64,000 bases of DNA from Desulfosudaceae bacterium (GCA_963674745.2 CAXXDV010000003.1:64001-128000), one strand, 5' to 3'. Shown: positions 49,703-59,383, counted from the stretch's first letter. Program-made: numbers and translations. The notes: generated by a model not told the origin, from the letters alone.

Positions 49703-49727
49703 GTAGGGGCGACCGGCTGGTCGCCCT
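49703..49727 (+). repeat. REP-like palindrome (GTAG family)
   Basis: GTAG-GGGCGACC-ggct-GGTCGCCC. Confidence 0.6.
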
Positions 49728-49898
49728 CGTCCGAATGAGGATTGTTTAGGGTTATTAGACAGCCTGTTTCCATCCTCCGTAGCAGGCTACTGCGGAGGAC
49801 GGGTAGCCTTCCAGAGATAAGAGCAGGTTTTAGGTTTTATTGTTTTAGAAGCTTCTTATTTGGTGCTTCACTAATGAAATGACAAGCTCCGGTATAAT

Positions 49899-49945
49899 AA
49901 AAAAAGCCCCCCATTGCATTGATTCTGTCATGGGGGGCTTTTTTT
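49899..49945. terminator. Intrinsic terminator after the porin gene
   Basis: AAAAAAAGCCCCCCAT...ATGGGGGGCTTTTTTT. Confidence 0.85.
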
Positions 49946-50204
49946 ATGCCCATAGGCACGAACAAATGTATGCACACGTCCTCGATGCCCTCTCGTGCTT
50001 TGCGGCCGGATGATCGTTCCTCTCGGAAATCGGGTCATTGTGACCCAATTCTGCCCGCCCCCGTTATTTTAAAAATAAACCATTAAATTTTAGCATATTA
50101 TATTTTTTAAGCCAAATAATTGATCCCTTTTGGCGCAATTTGCCGTTTATGTCAAAATGAAAAATAATACTTATATTACAAGTATTTATAATATAATTAG
50201 CTCT

Positions 50205-50220
50205 TGGCATATAAATTGCT
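50205..50220 (+). promoter_or_regulatory. Sigma54 promoter of the ass structural operon
   Basis: TGGCATATAAATTGCT in an AT-rich region, 73 bp before assC. Confidence 0.82.
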
Positions 50221-50293
50221 CATAATTAAAACCAAGGGCAATATGAGACGTATCGTCACAGATTAAAACAGTTACTTAAATAAGGAGGCTATC

Positions 50294-50458
50294 ATGGCTG
50301 TATGTAATGAATGTAAACGTTTTTTCGCGCAGGATGAACAACCGGAAAAAGGTGACTGCGTCAGAAGAGGGGAAGATCCCCGGCAGGCGTTTTATACAGC
50401 CAGGCCGGTGACTGCCGAACAGGATGCGTCATCCTGTCCCGATTTTCAGAAGAAATAA
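50294..50458 (+). CDS. assC: Alkylsuccinate synthase gamma subunit, 54 aa (BssC/MasC-like; not in the ORF track)
   Basis: TAAGGAGG RBS; MAVCNECKRFF...KGDCVRRGED...ARPV...CPDFQKK has the four-Cys pattern of BssC/TutF. Confidence 0.88.
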   Translation: MAVCNECKRFFAQDEQPEKGDCVRRGEDPRQAFYTARPVTAEQDASSCPDFQKK

Positions 50459-50513
50459 TGACCGGCTCAAGGGACATCACCTTTGACAACATAAAAAAGG
50501 CAAGGAGAACATT

Positions 50514-53012
50514 ATGTACGAAGCGGCCAAAACAATAGAAGAACTTGAGGAAAAGCAGCAGTGGTGGTGGGCGGCTGAAAAAAAACGTTCCAAGCGGCTG
50601 GACTACCTGAGAAAAGCCATCTGGAAAAAAGGCGCCGTGGGTGGCCTTTACAATCCCGGCGTGAAAGTTGAGCTGGAAAGGCCTCAGCTCCAGACCCAGA
50701 AAGCCAGGGAACTGGAAATGTCGCCCGATCCCTGGGTAATGAAATTCGCTCACATGTTCGCCCATGTGCTGGACAACAAAACCATTTTTATTACCGATCA
50801 TTCGCAGCTGGTGGGATATAACGCCGACCTTCCCAACACCATCGGCTGGGACCCGTCGATCGCTTCAATCCTCAATGAAGAGGTCTTTAACGACCCCTCT
50901 TCCCTGCCCGAACCGATCGAAGAATCCCAGAAAATCATCGCCGATATTAAGAATTACTGGGCAGGTAAGTCCGACCTGGACAAGATTATGCCGTATCTTG
51001 ATCTGGATGACATGATGAAGGTCCTGTCCGGCGCGGTCGGTTGGGGCGTTCCCCTGGCCCGGGGCGGTTATTCCGGCAAGGATTACGAGTATATCATGAC
51101 CGGCAAGCGCGGGTTCGAAGAGGTTATTGCCGAGCTTGACAAAAATATCGACGAAGCCGACGCCAAGGTTCATGAACCCGCGGCCAGCCAGGAAATCATG
51201 GAACTTTATGACAAGATGAACAACTGGGAGGCCATGCAGATCTGTCTGGAAGCCTGTATCCGGCATGCCAAGCGATATGCCCGCCTGGCCCGGATCATTG
51301 CTGAAAATTTTGAGACCGATGAAAAACGCAAACAGGAACTCCTGCAGATCGCCGAAGTGTGTGAGCGCGTTCCGGCCCAGCCGCCGAGAACCCTTCAGGA
51401 ATCCCTGCAGTACGATCTTTTTATTCAGCTTTTCAGCCGCACCGAAGCCATTGAAGGCGCCTGGCCGGCTCGCCCGGACTATTATCACGGACCTTACTAT
51501 CAAAAGGATGTTGTCGAGGATAAACGACTTACTCACGAAGAAGCCGTGGAACTGGCCGGCGAATTTCTCATCCGGGCGGCGGAAGTGGAACAGTACAAGC
51601 CCAAGTTTGCGCGGGAAGGGCTTCAGGGCATCAGCGGTACCTGGGTCTGGACACTGGGTGGGGTCAACAAGGACGGAAGCGATGCCTGCAACGGCATGAC
51701 CATTGCCCTGCTTCAGGCGGCCCGGTTGGTGCGGGTGGCCAATCCCACCTTTGCCTTCCGCTGGCATCCCAAGGTGTCCGATGAAGTCATGAAAGAGTGC
51801 TTTGAATGCATCCGTCAGGGACTGGGATACCCTTCCATGCGCAATGACCCCATTCTGATCGCCAATGCCATGAACTGGCACGGTCATCCCATCGATGAGG
51901 CCAGGACCTGGGTACACCAGGCCTGCATGTCACCGGCGCCGACCACCAAGCACGGATTCCAGCCCATGCGCATGGCCAATGCCACCGTCAACTGCGCCAA
52001 GATTATTGAATATGTTTTTTCCAGCGGGTTTGACAATGTGTTTAATATACAGATCGGTGCGGAAACACCGCCGGTGGAGGATTTGACCGATTTTGAAAAA
52101 GTTTACGAGGCCTGGGAAACCCAGATGAAAACCCTTTTCAGCCTGTTGGTGCGGCCGGTCAACCGGGCCCGTTCTTTGGCCCCGACCATGACCCCCCGGC
52201 CCTTTTTGTCCGGTATCTCCGAACGGTCGGTTGAAAGCGGCAAGGATGTCTGCGACCCCTCCGTCAGCCGGGGGAATTCCTGGATTACGGCCTTCACCTG
52301 GGTAGAGAACGCCGACAGTCTGGCAGCCGTAAAGAAGTTGGTTTTTGACGAAAAGAAATATACCCTGGCCGAACTCAAGGAAGCCATGGACGCCAACTGG
52401 GAAGGCAAAGAAGATATGCGGCTGGATTTTGTCAAGAACACACCCAAATGGGGCAACGACGACGATTATGTGGATGATATCATGCTGCGCTGCCTGCGTT
52501 CGGCGGCCAAGTTCTCCCGGGAAATAAAAGATCCCATGGGCAACAACTGGCCGATTTTGCCCGAGAACGTCAGCGGTAACATCCATTATGCCAACGTGGT
52601 CGGCGCCCTGCCCAACGGCCGGCGCCTGGGTGATGCCCTGTATGATGGCGGTATCTCTCCGGGTCCGGGACTGGACAAAAAAGGTCCCACGGCAGTACTC
52701 AAGTCCTGCGGTAAAATCGACCATATCTCCGACGGCCGGGCGTTTCTCTTGAATCAGCGGCTTTCGCCGACCCAACTGGCCGGCGAAAAAGGCTTCCAGA
52801 TGTGGAAGGCCTATATGCGTGCCTGGGCGGATCTGGGTATTGACCATGTGCAGTTCAACATGGTCGATGACACCACCTTGCGGGCTGCCCAGAAAGATCC
52901 CGAGGATTATCAGGAAGTGATTGTGCGGGTGGCCGGATACAGCGCCCATTTTGTGGATATCAGCCGGAAAACCCAGGATAATATTATTCAACGAACCATT
53001 CAGGGATTGTAA
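50514..53012 (+). CDS. assA: Alkylsuccinate synthase catalytic alpha subunit (AssA/MasD, glycyl radical enzyme)
   Basis: 832 aa; FECIRQGLGYP; Cys loop HQACMSP; glycyl radical motif RVAGYSAHF. Confidence 0.93.
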   Translation: MYEAAKTIEELEEKQQWWWAAEKKRSKRLDYLRKAIWKKGAVGGLYNPGVKVELERPQLQTQKARELEMSPDPWVMKFAHMFAHVLDNKTIFITDHSQLVGYNADLPNTIGWDPSIASILNEEVFNDPSSLPEPIEESQKIIADIKNYWAGKSDLDKIMPYLDLDDMMKVLSGAVGWGVPLARGGYSGKDYEYIMTGKRGFEEVIAELDKNIDEADAKVHEPAASQEIMELYDKMNNWEAMQICLEACIRHAKRYARLARIIAENFETDEKRKQELLQIAEVCERVPAQPPRTLQESLQYDLFIQLFSRTEAIEGAWPARPDYYHGPYYQKDVVEDKRLTHEEAVELAGEFLIRAAEVEQYKPKFAREGLQGISGTWVWTLGGVNKDGSDACNGMTIALLQAARLVRVANPTFAFRWHPKVSDEVMKECFECIRQGLGYPSMRNDPILIANAMNWHGHPIDEARTWVHQACMSPAPTTKHGFQPMRMANATVNCAKIIEYVFSSGFDNVFNIQIGAETPPVEDLTDFEKVYEAWETQMKTLFSLLVRPVNRARSLAPTMTPRPFLSGISERSVESGKDVCDPSVSRGNSWITAFTWVENADSLAAVKKLVFDEKKYTLAELKEAMDANWEGKEDMRLDFVKNTPKWGNDDDYVDDIMLRCLRSAAKFSREIKDPMGNNWPILPENVSGNIHYANVVGALPNGRRLGDALYDGGISPGPGLDKKGPTAVLKSCGKIDHISDGRAFLLNQRLSPTQLAGEKGFQMWKAYMRAWADLGIDHVQFNMVDDTTLRAAQKDPEDYQEVIVRVAGYSAHFVDISRKTQDNIIQRTIQGL

Positions 53013-53094
53013 CAAGATTGAATCAGTGCCCGCGCCGGGAAACGGCGCGGGCCTGTTCACTACAAAATCAATCCCGGGAGGGAGGAGGCTGATT

Positions 53095-53457
53095 ATGGCA
53101 AGAAAAAGTCGACAGGAGTTCGCCAATGCGTCCGGTGTTTTTGGGGTACAACAGACCCAGCCGGTGGAACAGGGAAAAGAGGTGCCGGATAAGCCCTGTG
53201 GTATGTGCGTGCATTTTTCCGAAAGTGCCTTTTCCAGCGACGGTCGAGGTGCCTGCAAGAAACTCAAGGAAGGCTCCAATATCAAGGTGGATCCGCCGGT
53301 TTACGTACTGGAAGGTAAAAACGGTTACATGATCAGGGCGTTGACCGACGCGGCCGGGTGCAAATATTATGAAAAAATGAAGTTCGTGGATAAAGACGGA
53401 TATGAATGCAGTGATCCGCAATTCAGGCGGACGTTGCGGCAGTTCCAGGACAAATAA
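53095..53457 (+). CDS. assB: Alkylsuccinate synthase beta subunit, 120 aa (AssB/MasB-like)
   Basis: GGAGGAGG RBS; CGMC...C...C Cys pattern; follows assA. Confidence 0.78.
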   Translation: MARKSRQEFANASGVFGVQQTQPVEQGKEVPDKPCGMCVHFSESAFSSDGRGACKKLKEGSNIKVDPPVYVLEGKNGYMIRALTDAAGCKYYEKMKFVDKDGYECSDPQFRRTLRQFQDK

Positions 53458-53478
53458 AGTTTGATAGGAGGATAAAAT

Positions 53479-53715
53479 ATGAAATGTACAGAATGCAGCC
53501 ATGAAGCACCGATGGCGGATTTTCGCTATCTTTACAATGCCCGTATTGATGCTTCGGTCAGTATCCGGCAGTGCACCAGCTGTGGAGCACACCTTGCAGT
53601 AGATGAAATTAAGGGAGAAGTCGTCCAGACGCTGGCCGATGGGGTTGCCCCCTGGGGTAAATCCACTGGTATAGAGGGCCTGGCGGATGACGTAACCGGC
53701 CAGGCGAGCGCTTGA
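53479..53715 (+). CDS. masE: MasE-like small rubredoxin-like subunit of alkylsuccinate synthase
   Basis: AGGAGG RBS; MKCTECSH...FRYLYNARIDA...RQCTSCG. Confidence 0.82.
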   Translation: MKCTECSHEAPMADFRYLYNARIDASVSIRQCTSCGAHLAVDEIKGEVVQTLADGVAPWGKSTGIEGLADDVTGQASA

Positions 53716-53804
53716 GTCACGGTTCCGATAGACAAACGCAATATGTAGAACAGGTACTTTGCCAAAGGCGCAGGGTGCCTGTTTTATTTTAAAAGGAGGA
53801 CGGC

Positions 53805-54146
53805 ATGGAGTTTTCTTGCACGGCCTGCGGTCATACCGATGACCATATGCTGTTTCCCTATCTATGCCGCAACGGCTGACCGGCCACCGGAGAATCGGAA
53901 CTCCGGCAGTGTCCCAGGTGCGGGCAGGAACTTGTATTTTCAAAAACCGAGGCCCTGAGCCGGGAAGAATCGTTGATCGATCGGCTGGTGACCGACATCA
54001 GCCGCGTCAGTCGGGGTGATGATGACGCAACACGGCAGGCCGCCATCGAGAACATGAAGAAACTTTACCGGATCAATCAGCGCTGGAACCTGCCCGGCGT
54101 AAGGGAATTTATTTTAAAGAAACAAAAGGAACTGATGGGCTGGTAA
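53805..54146 (+). CDS. MasE-like CxxC...CxxC protein with in-frame TGA at codon 25 (candidate selenoprotein, 113 aa)
   Basis: AGGAGGA RBS; MEFSCTACGHTDDHMLFPYLCRNG(TGA)PATGESELRQCPRCG...LMGW*; hairpin CCGGAG-AATCGGAA-CTCCGG starts 7 nt after the TGA. Confidence 0.75.
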
Positions 54147-54174
54147 ATCTCATTATCAGATAAGGAGACAGGCA

Positions 54175-55020
54175 ATGAACCAGGCAGAAGGCCTGACCGT
54201 ACCGGAACACGAGAAGTATTTTTTTCTGCCCCGGCCGGTAACCGAGAATCTGGACAGGATTAAACTGCTGGCCGAGCGGCATCCGGTCAATGTGCTGGTG
54301 ACCGGCCGCCAGGGTTGCGGTAAATCAACCATGGTGCGTCAGTTTGCCGCCCGCAACAATCGCCCCCTGGCCACCTTTCAGGTCGGCATGCTGTCCGAGC
54401 CCGGCCAGTTGTTCGGTGAATACCGGCTCCGCGACGGCCGGACCGAATACCAGGAATTTCTTTTTCCCAAAGCCGTGCGCACCCCCGGATGTGTGGTTCA
54501 TTTAGAAGAAATCAACCGCCCGGAACACCCCAAGGCCTTAAACATGCTGTTTTCCATTTTGTCCGATGACCGGGCCATATGGACTGATGAACTGGGGTTG
54601 GTCAAGGTTGCCCCGGGGGTTGTTTTTTTCGCCACCCTTAACGAGGGCGAGGAATTTGCCGGTACGGAGATGCTGGATGCCGCCCTGGCCGACCGGTTTT
54701 ATGTGACCATGCTGGATTATCTGCCGCCGGCCGTGGAAACCGAAGTGCTGCGCGAAAAAGGCGGTATCAGCGAGGCCGACGCCTTGACGCTGGTCAATAT
54801 CGCCAATAAACTACGGGCCAACGCCCAGGAACCCATCGTTGTTTCCACCCGTCATACGCTGATGATGGCTGAAATGATCGCCGTCGGCGCCTCGGTTCGG
54901 GAAGCCATCACTTACAGTCTTCAGATCGACCGGGATGTGCTGGAGTCGGCCCTGTTGTCTTTGCACCTTGAAACCGGTGCCACCGACAGTGGGCGGGAGG
55001 ATGATTATCAGTCCTATTAA
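54175..55020 (+). CDS. assE: AAA+ ATPase of the MoxR/CbbQ type (BssE/AssE-like)
   Basis: GRQGCGKST Walker A, HLEEINRP Walker B, ATLNEG and LDAALADRF motifs. Confidence 0.85.
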   Translation: MNQAEGLTVPEHEKYFFLPRPVTENLDRIKLLAERHPVNVLVTGRQGCGKSTMVRQFAARNNRPLATFQVGMLSEPGQLFGEYRLRDGRTEYQEFLFPKAVRTPGCVVHLEEINRPEHPKALNMLFSILSDDRAIWTDELGLVKVAPGVVFFATLNEGEEFAGTEMLDAALADRFYVTMLDYLPPAVETEVLREKGGISEADALTLVNIANKLRANAQEPIVVSTRHTLMMAEMIAVGASVREAITYSLQIDRDVLESALLSLHLETGATDSGREDDYQSY

Positions 55021-56698
55021 ACCGGAAGCCTGTTCGCCGACAGCAACCGAACTGTCACGGTTCTGGGCCAGAAACCGGGGACTGTCGGAGGCCTCCGCCC
55101 TGGCCAATCTGCTCAAGTCACTGCGAAAAGTGGCCGGCCATCTGGGGCCCAATGTCGGCCAGGTCCTTTTCCCGGGCATGTCTTTTGCCGATGCCGCGGC
55201 TATTATGATTGACCCTTCACCGGCCCGTGACTCGGATTACCCTCTGAACTTCCATATTATTGATGCCCTGGTAGGCCAGGTCGTCCATGAGGCTTTTCGC
55301 AGAGTCGAATGGAGCCAACGGGTCTGGATCCTTCTGGAAGATTTTATGGGCACCATAACCGGCCGTCAGCGGGTCAGCTTTCAGAAGCTGGTCGATATGG
55401 CGGAAACGATTTATGTGGATTATGCCGCCGGCCACACAACCGCCGGTCTTTATACCCACAAAGCCCGTCACGACGCCTTGCATCAATTATTATCGCAGCA
55501 CTTCAGAACAGATACGCTGGATTTTTTTCTGCTGGCCTGGCTGCAGTCCGCCTGGCCGGATTCCGGGGAACAGATACCGGTCCTTGACGGCATACCTGCT
55601 GAACTGCTCCAGTCTTTGCGTCCGGTGCTTCAGGCATTGAAAACCATTTCCGCTTCACCTGTCCGTCCCATGGAGCGTTGCCGGCAAAGAGCCGATTTGT
55701 ATCAGCGCCAATGGCAGGCGCTGGGGTCACAAATAATGACGTTGCCGGTCAAGGACAAAACCCTTTTTTATTATCCTGAATACGGCGTTTCAAAGAAACC
55801 GGGTAAAGTTTCCGCCGGAAAAAGTCTGCCGCCTTTGCCGGCATCCTTGATTCGGGATATGGAGCTGCAGTTGACGACCGGTGCCATGGACCTGACGCCG
55901 ATTGTCCATTCCGTGGCCGGTTATGACAACCCGGATGTTGTTCGAATGTCCCGCTGGGACTACAGTCAGCCCTGCCGGCCGGTGATCGATCGCCGGATGG
56001 TGTCGCGGCTGAAATCGATTTTTCTCAACTACGGTCCCCATCGCAAAGTTACCAGTACCGGCTTGAGCTCGGGGAAGGTTGATCCCCGGCGTCTTTATCG
56101 GGCCCCTTTGACGGGTAAATGTTTCCGGCAGCGGTATACGGTGGCCGAGGACCGCTGGCAGATATGCCTGCTGATCGATGCCAGCGGATCCATGCGGGGT
56201 AATAAAATGCGGATCGTGGAAAACACCATGGCCAACCTGAACAAGGCGATTTACGGCGGCCGGAATCGACTGTCGGTCTATGCCTATTTTGAAGTCAACA
56301 ATATCTGCATGTTTTCCAGCCTTCTGTCCGATAACCGGTTGCTGACCGTGCCGCCGGCCGGCAAGACGGCCTCGGGCCAGGCGATTATCGCCGCTGCCTG
56401 GCTTATGGAAAGAGGCCATGGACGACAACGTAACCTGATCGTGCATATTACCGATGGAGAATCAAACTTCGGTTGTGATGTCCGTTATGGCATTGATTAC
56501 TGTCGCCGTGAAAAAGTATCTCTGGTTACCCTGGGGTGCGGTTGTCAGGACGTGACGGCCATGAGAAAACAATACGGGCATACGATTCAGTTTTTAAAAA
56601 GCTACGAACAACTTCCCCCGGCCATGGAGCGGCTGTTCAAACGCCTGTTTCTCCATGCTGATCCAAGTGCTGTTCCAGTAAACCAGGTAAGTAAATAA
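55001..56698 (+). CDS. assF: VWA-domain partner protein (BssF/AssF-like; start uncertain)
   Basis: MIDAS motif LIDASGSM, SGKVDPRRLYR and HITDG; overlaps the AAA+ gene. Confidence 0.82.
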   Translation: MIISPIKPEACSPTATELSRFWARNRGLSEASALANLLKSLRKVAGHLGPNVGQVLFPGMSFADAAAIMIDPSPARDSDYPLNFHIIDALVGQVVHEAFRRVEWSQRVWILLEDFMGTITGRQRVSFQKLVDMAETIYVDYAAGHTTAGLYTHKARHDALHQLLSQHFRTDTLDFFLLAWLQSAWPDSGEQIPVLDGIPAELLQSLRPVLQALKTISASPVRPMERCRQRADLYQRQWQALGSQIMTLPVKDKTLFYYPEYGVSKKPGKVSAGKSLPPLPASLIRDMELQLTTGAMDLTPIVHSVAGYDNPDVVRMSRWDYSQPCRPVIDRRMVSRLKSIFLNYGPHRKVTSTGLSSGKVDPRRLYRAPLTGKCFRQRYTVAEDRWQICLLIDASGSMRGNKMRIVENTMANLNKAIYGGRNRLSVYAYFEVNNICMFSSLLSDNRLLTVPPAGKTASGQAIIAAAWLMERGHGRQRNLIVHITDGESNFGCDVRYGIDYCRREKVSLVTLGCGCQDVTAMRKQYGHTIQFLKSYEQLPPAMERLFKRLFLHADPSAVPVNQVSK

Positions 56699-56919
56699 AA
56701 TATTACGACCGGTTGCTGTTGAGCCGGAATATCGGTCAGCGTGAGGTGGGGTGTTTTGTCTGTTGTCATCATCGATACGCCCGGATTGCTACGTTTTGTC
56801 CCATTTCGTGGCGTTTCTCCCCAGAATTAAAATCCGCCGTGTTTTTATTTTCGATTTACCCCACGGTATTATTATTGAAAATCCTATAAAAATAATAGTT
56901 TACGAAAAAACAGATTTAT

Positions 56920-56935
56920 TGGCACCTCTCTTGCA
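56920..56935 (+). promoter_or_regulatory. Sigma54 promoter of the CoA-ligase operon
   Basis: TGGCACCTCTCTTGCA. Confidence 0.82.
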
Positions 56936-57040
56936 GAATATCTTGCAGTTAAAGGCGGTCGCAGACTGTATGCATCTAATGCATAAAAGGTAAAACGCGT
57001 CAGTATCACGAAGAACGGATAAACAAACAAGGAGCATACC

Positions 57041-58609
57041 ATGGCAATTGAATGGAACGTCGGATACATCGCATATAAAAGGGCTTTGATGATGCCGGAC
57101 AAGGTAGCGGTTATTTATGAGGATGAGCCGGTGACCTATCAGCAGCTGAACGAGGGAGTGAATCGGTGCGCCCATATGTTGCAGCAGAAGGGTTTAAAAA
57201 AAGGCGATCGCATCTGTGCTGTTCTGCTGAACTGCATGGAGTTTCTGGAGCTGTATTTTGCGGCCGCCAAGCTGGGCATTATTTTTGTGCCCCTCAACTG
57301 GCGCATGGTCGGGCCGGAACTGGAATACCAGATCAATGATTGCGGTGCCAAGCTGCTGGCCTTTCATGACTCATTTCTGGGCAGCATTGATTTAATTCGT
57401 TCCAGCCTGAATGTCGACGCGGACAAGTTTGTCTTTCTGAAAAGCGGCAGCCCGGAACTGCCCGGCTTCAAACTGCCGGACTGTCCGGAATGGGCGGAAG
57501 ATTATCCGCTTCTGGTAAAGGACCAGAGCGACGCCGAACCGGTTCCTGAAGAACCGGTCCTGATGTCCGATCCGTTAAGCATTGTCTATACATCCGGCGT
57601 CACCGGGGATCCCAAAGGCGCGATGCTCTCACACGAACAGACCTATTACAAGAACGCCCAGGTCGGATATTATACGGATTGCACTTCGGAAGACGTACTG
57701 ATCGCCCAGATGCCGCTGTTTCATTCCGGGGGGTTGTTTATCGTGACCACACCGGGATTGTCCGCCGGCCTGACCCTGGTCATGCGGCGCGGGTTTGACG
57801 CCAATGAATTTGCCGAAGACATTCAACGTTATCGCGGTACCATTGTTTTCGCCCTGACCACCATGTGGCGGCTGATCCTGGAGACCGGCAAGCTGGATGA
57901 AATCGATGTCGGCAGTGTCCGCTGTGTGGTCGGCGGCGGCGAGCGAACACCGCCCGTTCTGTTTGATGAACTGGCCAGGCGCGGTCTTTACCTGCAGCAG
58001 GGATTCGGCCAGACGGAGAATTCGGCCATGATGGTTGTCCCCAAGGCGGACATCAAGCGGAAAATGGGGTCCATCGGAAAACCCGGCTTTTTTACCGATA
58101 TCTGGATTGCCGGACCTTCCGGCGAACGGCTGCCGCCCGGTGAAATCGGTGCGATTGTCGCCAAGGGGCCGACGGTGATGAGCGGCTACTGGAATAAGCC
58201 GGAAGAAACCGCCAGGGCCATCGTCAACGGCGTATTGGATACGGGTGATCTGGGATACATGGATGAGGAAGGCTTCTTTTATATTGTCGACCGGGCCAAA
58301 GACATGTATCGCAGCGGCGGTGAAAATGTTTATCCGGCAGAGATCGAAAAAGTGCTGCTGGGTCATCCCAAAATCAACAATATCGCTATATTCGGGGTCC
58401 CTGATAGAAAATGGGGTGAAGTGGGTATGGCCTGCGTGGTGCCGGAAAAGGGAGAGACCATTACCAAAGAAGAGATCCATCAGTTTTTAACGGAAAAGGT
58501 CGCCAAATACAAATACCCGGCCCACCTGGAGATCGTTGATGAACTTCCCATGACGGCTACCATGAAGGTGAAGAAAGGGGCCTTAAAGGAACAGTTCGCC
58601 CAGAATTGA
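57041..58609 (+). CDS. assK: AMP-forming acyl-CoA ligase (AssK-like)
   Basis: YTSGVTGDPKG, GFGQTE, DTGDLG and DRAKDMYRSGGENVYPAEIE motifs. Confidence 0.85.
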   Translation: MAIEWNVGYIAYKRALMMPDKVAVIYEDEPVTYQQLNEGVNRCAHMLQQKGLKKGDRICAVLLNCMEFLELYFAAAKLGIIFVPLNWRMVGPELEYQINDCGAKLLAFHDSFLGSIDLIRSSLNVDADKFVFLKSGSPELPGFKLPDCPEWAEDYPLLVKDQSDAEPVPEEPVLMSDPLSIVYTSGVTGDPKGAMLSHEQTYYKNAQVGYYTDCTSEDVLIAQMPLFHSGGLFIVTTPGLSAGLTLVMRRGFDANEFAEDIQRYRGTIVFALTTMWRLILETGKLDEIDVGSVRCVVGGGERTPPVLFDELARRGLYLQQGFGQTENSAMMVVPKADIKRKMGSIGKPGFFTDIWIAGPSGERLPPGEIGAIVAKGPTVMSGYWNKPEETARAIVNGVLDTGDLGYMDEEGFFYIVDRAKDMYRSGGENVYPAEIEKVLLGHPKINNIAIFGVPDRKWGEVGMACVVPEKGETITKEEIHQFLTEKVAKYKYPAHLEIVDELPMTATMKVKKGALKEQFAQN

Positions 58610-58731
58610 TGGCTTCGTAAAACGTCCAGGCTCTTCGTTGCGCTGCATCCTTCGGAATTTCACGTACTGCCATGTACGCTGCATTCCTCAGGATTTGCGC
58701 GTCTCGATCCTGAACCTTTTACTTTGTCATC
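58608..58731. repeat. MITE-like element, inverted relative of 42137-42271
   Basis: Its reverse complement contains GCAAATCCTGAGGAATGCAGCGTAC...AGTACGTGAAATTCCGAAGG; ends GATGGCTTCGTAAAA / TTTTACTTTGTCATC. Confidence 0.75.
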
Positions 58732-58769
58732 ATAACGTTGGTTTTTTACAAGTATTCTAGAAACGATCT

Positions 58770-59342
58770 ATGCTTGAGAGCAAAGAAGCCCTGATTGAAG
58801 GGATTGTCGATCTGGAAGAAGCCATGTTTGTGGCCGTAGTCCCGGAAACGCCGGCTCCCTGCCAGCAGGACACGACCACCTTTCGGATCATGCGCCGGGC
58901 CCAGTTCTCCGCCTGGCCTCAGGATGCCCTGGAAAGTTATCACGGTGATCTGTGCGAGGCGCGGAAAAACGGCAAGAACCTGATGACGCTCAAGTACGCC
59001 CGTATGGACGATCGGATTCCCCCGATCAATACCGGTCCTTTGATCGATAAGATCGTGACCATTCAGGTCGAATGGCAGTACCGGCTGTTTCAAAAATATC
59101 CGGCCCTGATCGCTCGCGGCCGTTCGGTGGAAAAAGCGGTCATGGGGGTGTCCTTTAAACGATACCTGGCCGGAGAACTTGAGACCTATTCCAGCCGTAC
59201 CCTGGCCTGTCTAAGCCGTTATGTAAAAGCGGTTTATCGAGATGGCGGCAATATGTCGGAGCAGGTATACCTGTCGATGGTCATGGGCCTGGGGTATGCG
59301 TCGCTCGAAGAAGCCGAACAAGCGGCAAAAAACAACCCATAA
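58770..59342 (+). CDS. DUF4125-family protein
   Basis: CQQDTTTFRIMRRAQFSAW, NLMTLKYARM and SFKRYLAGELETYS motifs. Confidence 0.8.
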   Translation: MLESKEALIEGIVDLEEAMFVAVVPETPAPCQQDTTTFRIMRRAQFSAWPQDALESYHGDLCEARKNGKNLMTLKYARMDDRIPPINTGPLIDKIVTIQVEWQYRLFQKYPALIARGRSVEKAVMGVSFKRYLAGELETYSSRTLACLSRYVKAVYRDGGNMSEQVYLSMVMGLGYASLEEAEQAAKNNP

Positions 59343-59383
59343 TGTGGCAAGCATTTTGAAAATTATACGGTAAGGAGATTATT

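Noticed and set aside
50514..53012. Pyruvate formate-lyase or benzylsuccinate synthase assignment
   Set aside because: It has a single-Cys QACMSP loop rather than the PFL Cys-Cys pair, and the MasE-like gene, mutase and carboxyltransferase context favour alkylsuccinate synthase.
53713..53715. masE TGA as another selenocysteine codon
   Set aside because: The protein is already full length for MasE and no convincing hairpin or extension follows.
50865..53943. Long minus-strand ORFs of 350, 451 and 291 aa
   Set aside because: Antisense shadows of assA, assB and masE.
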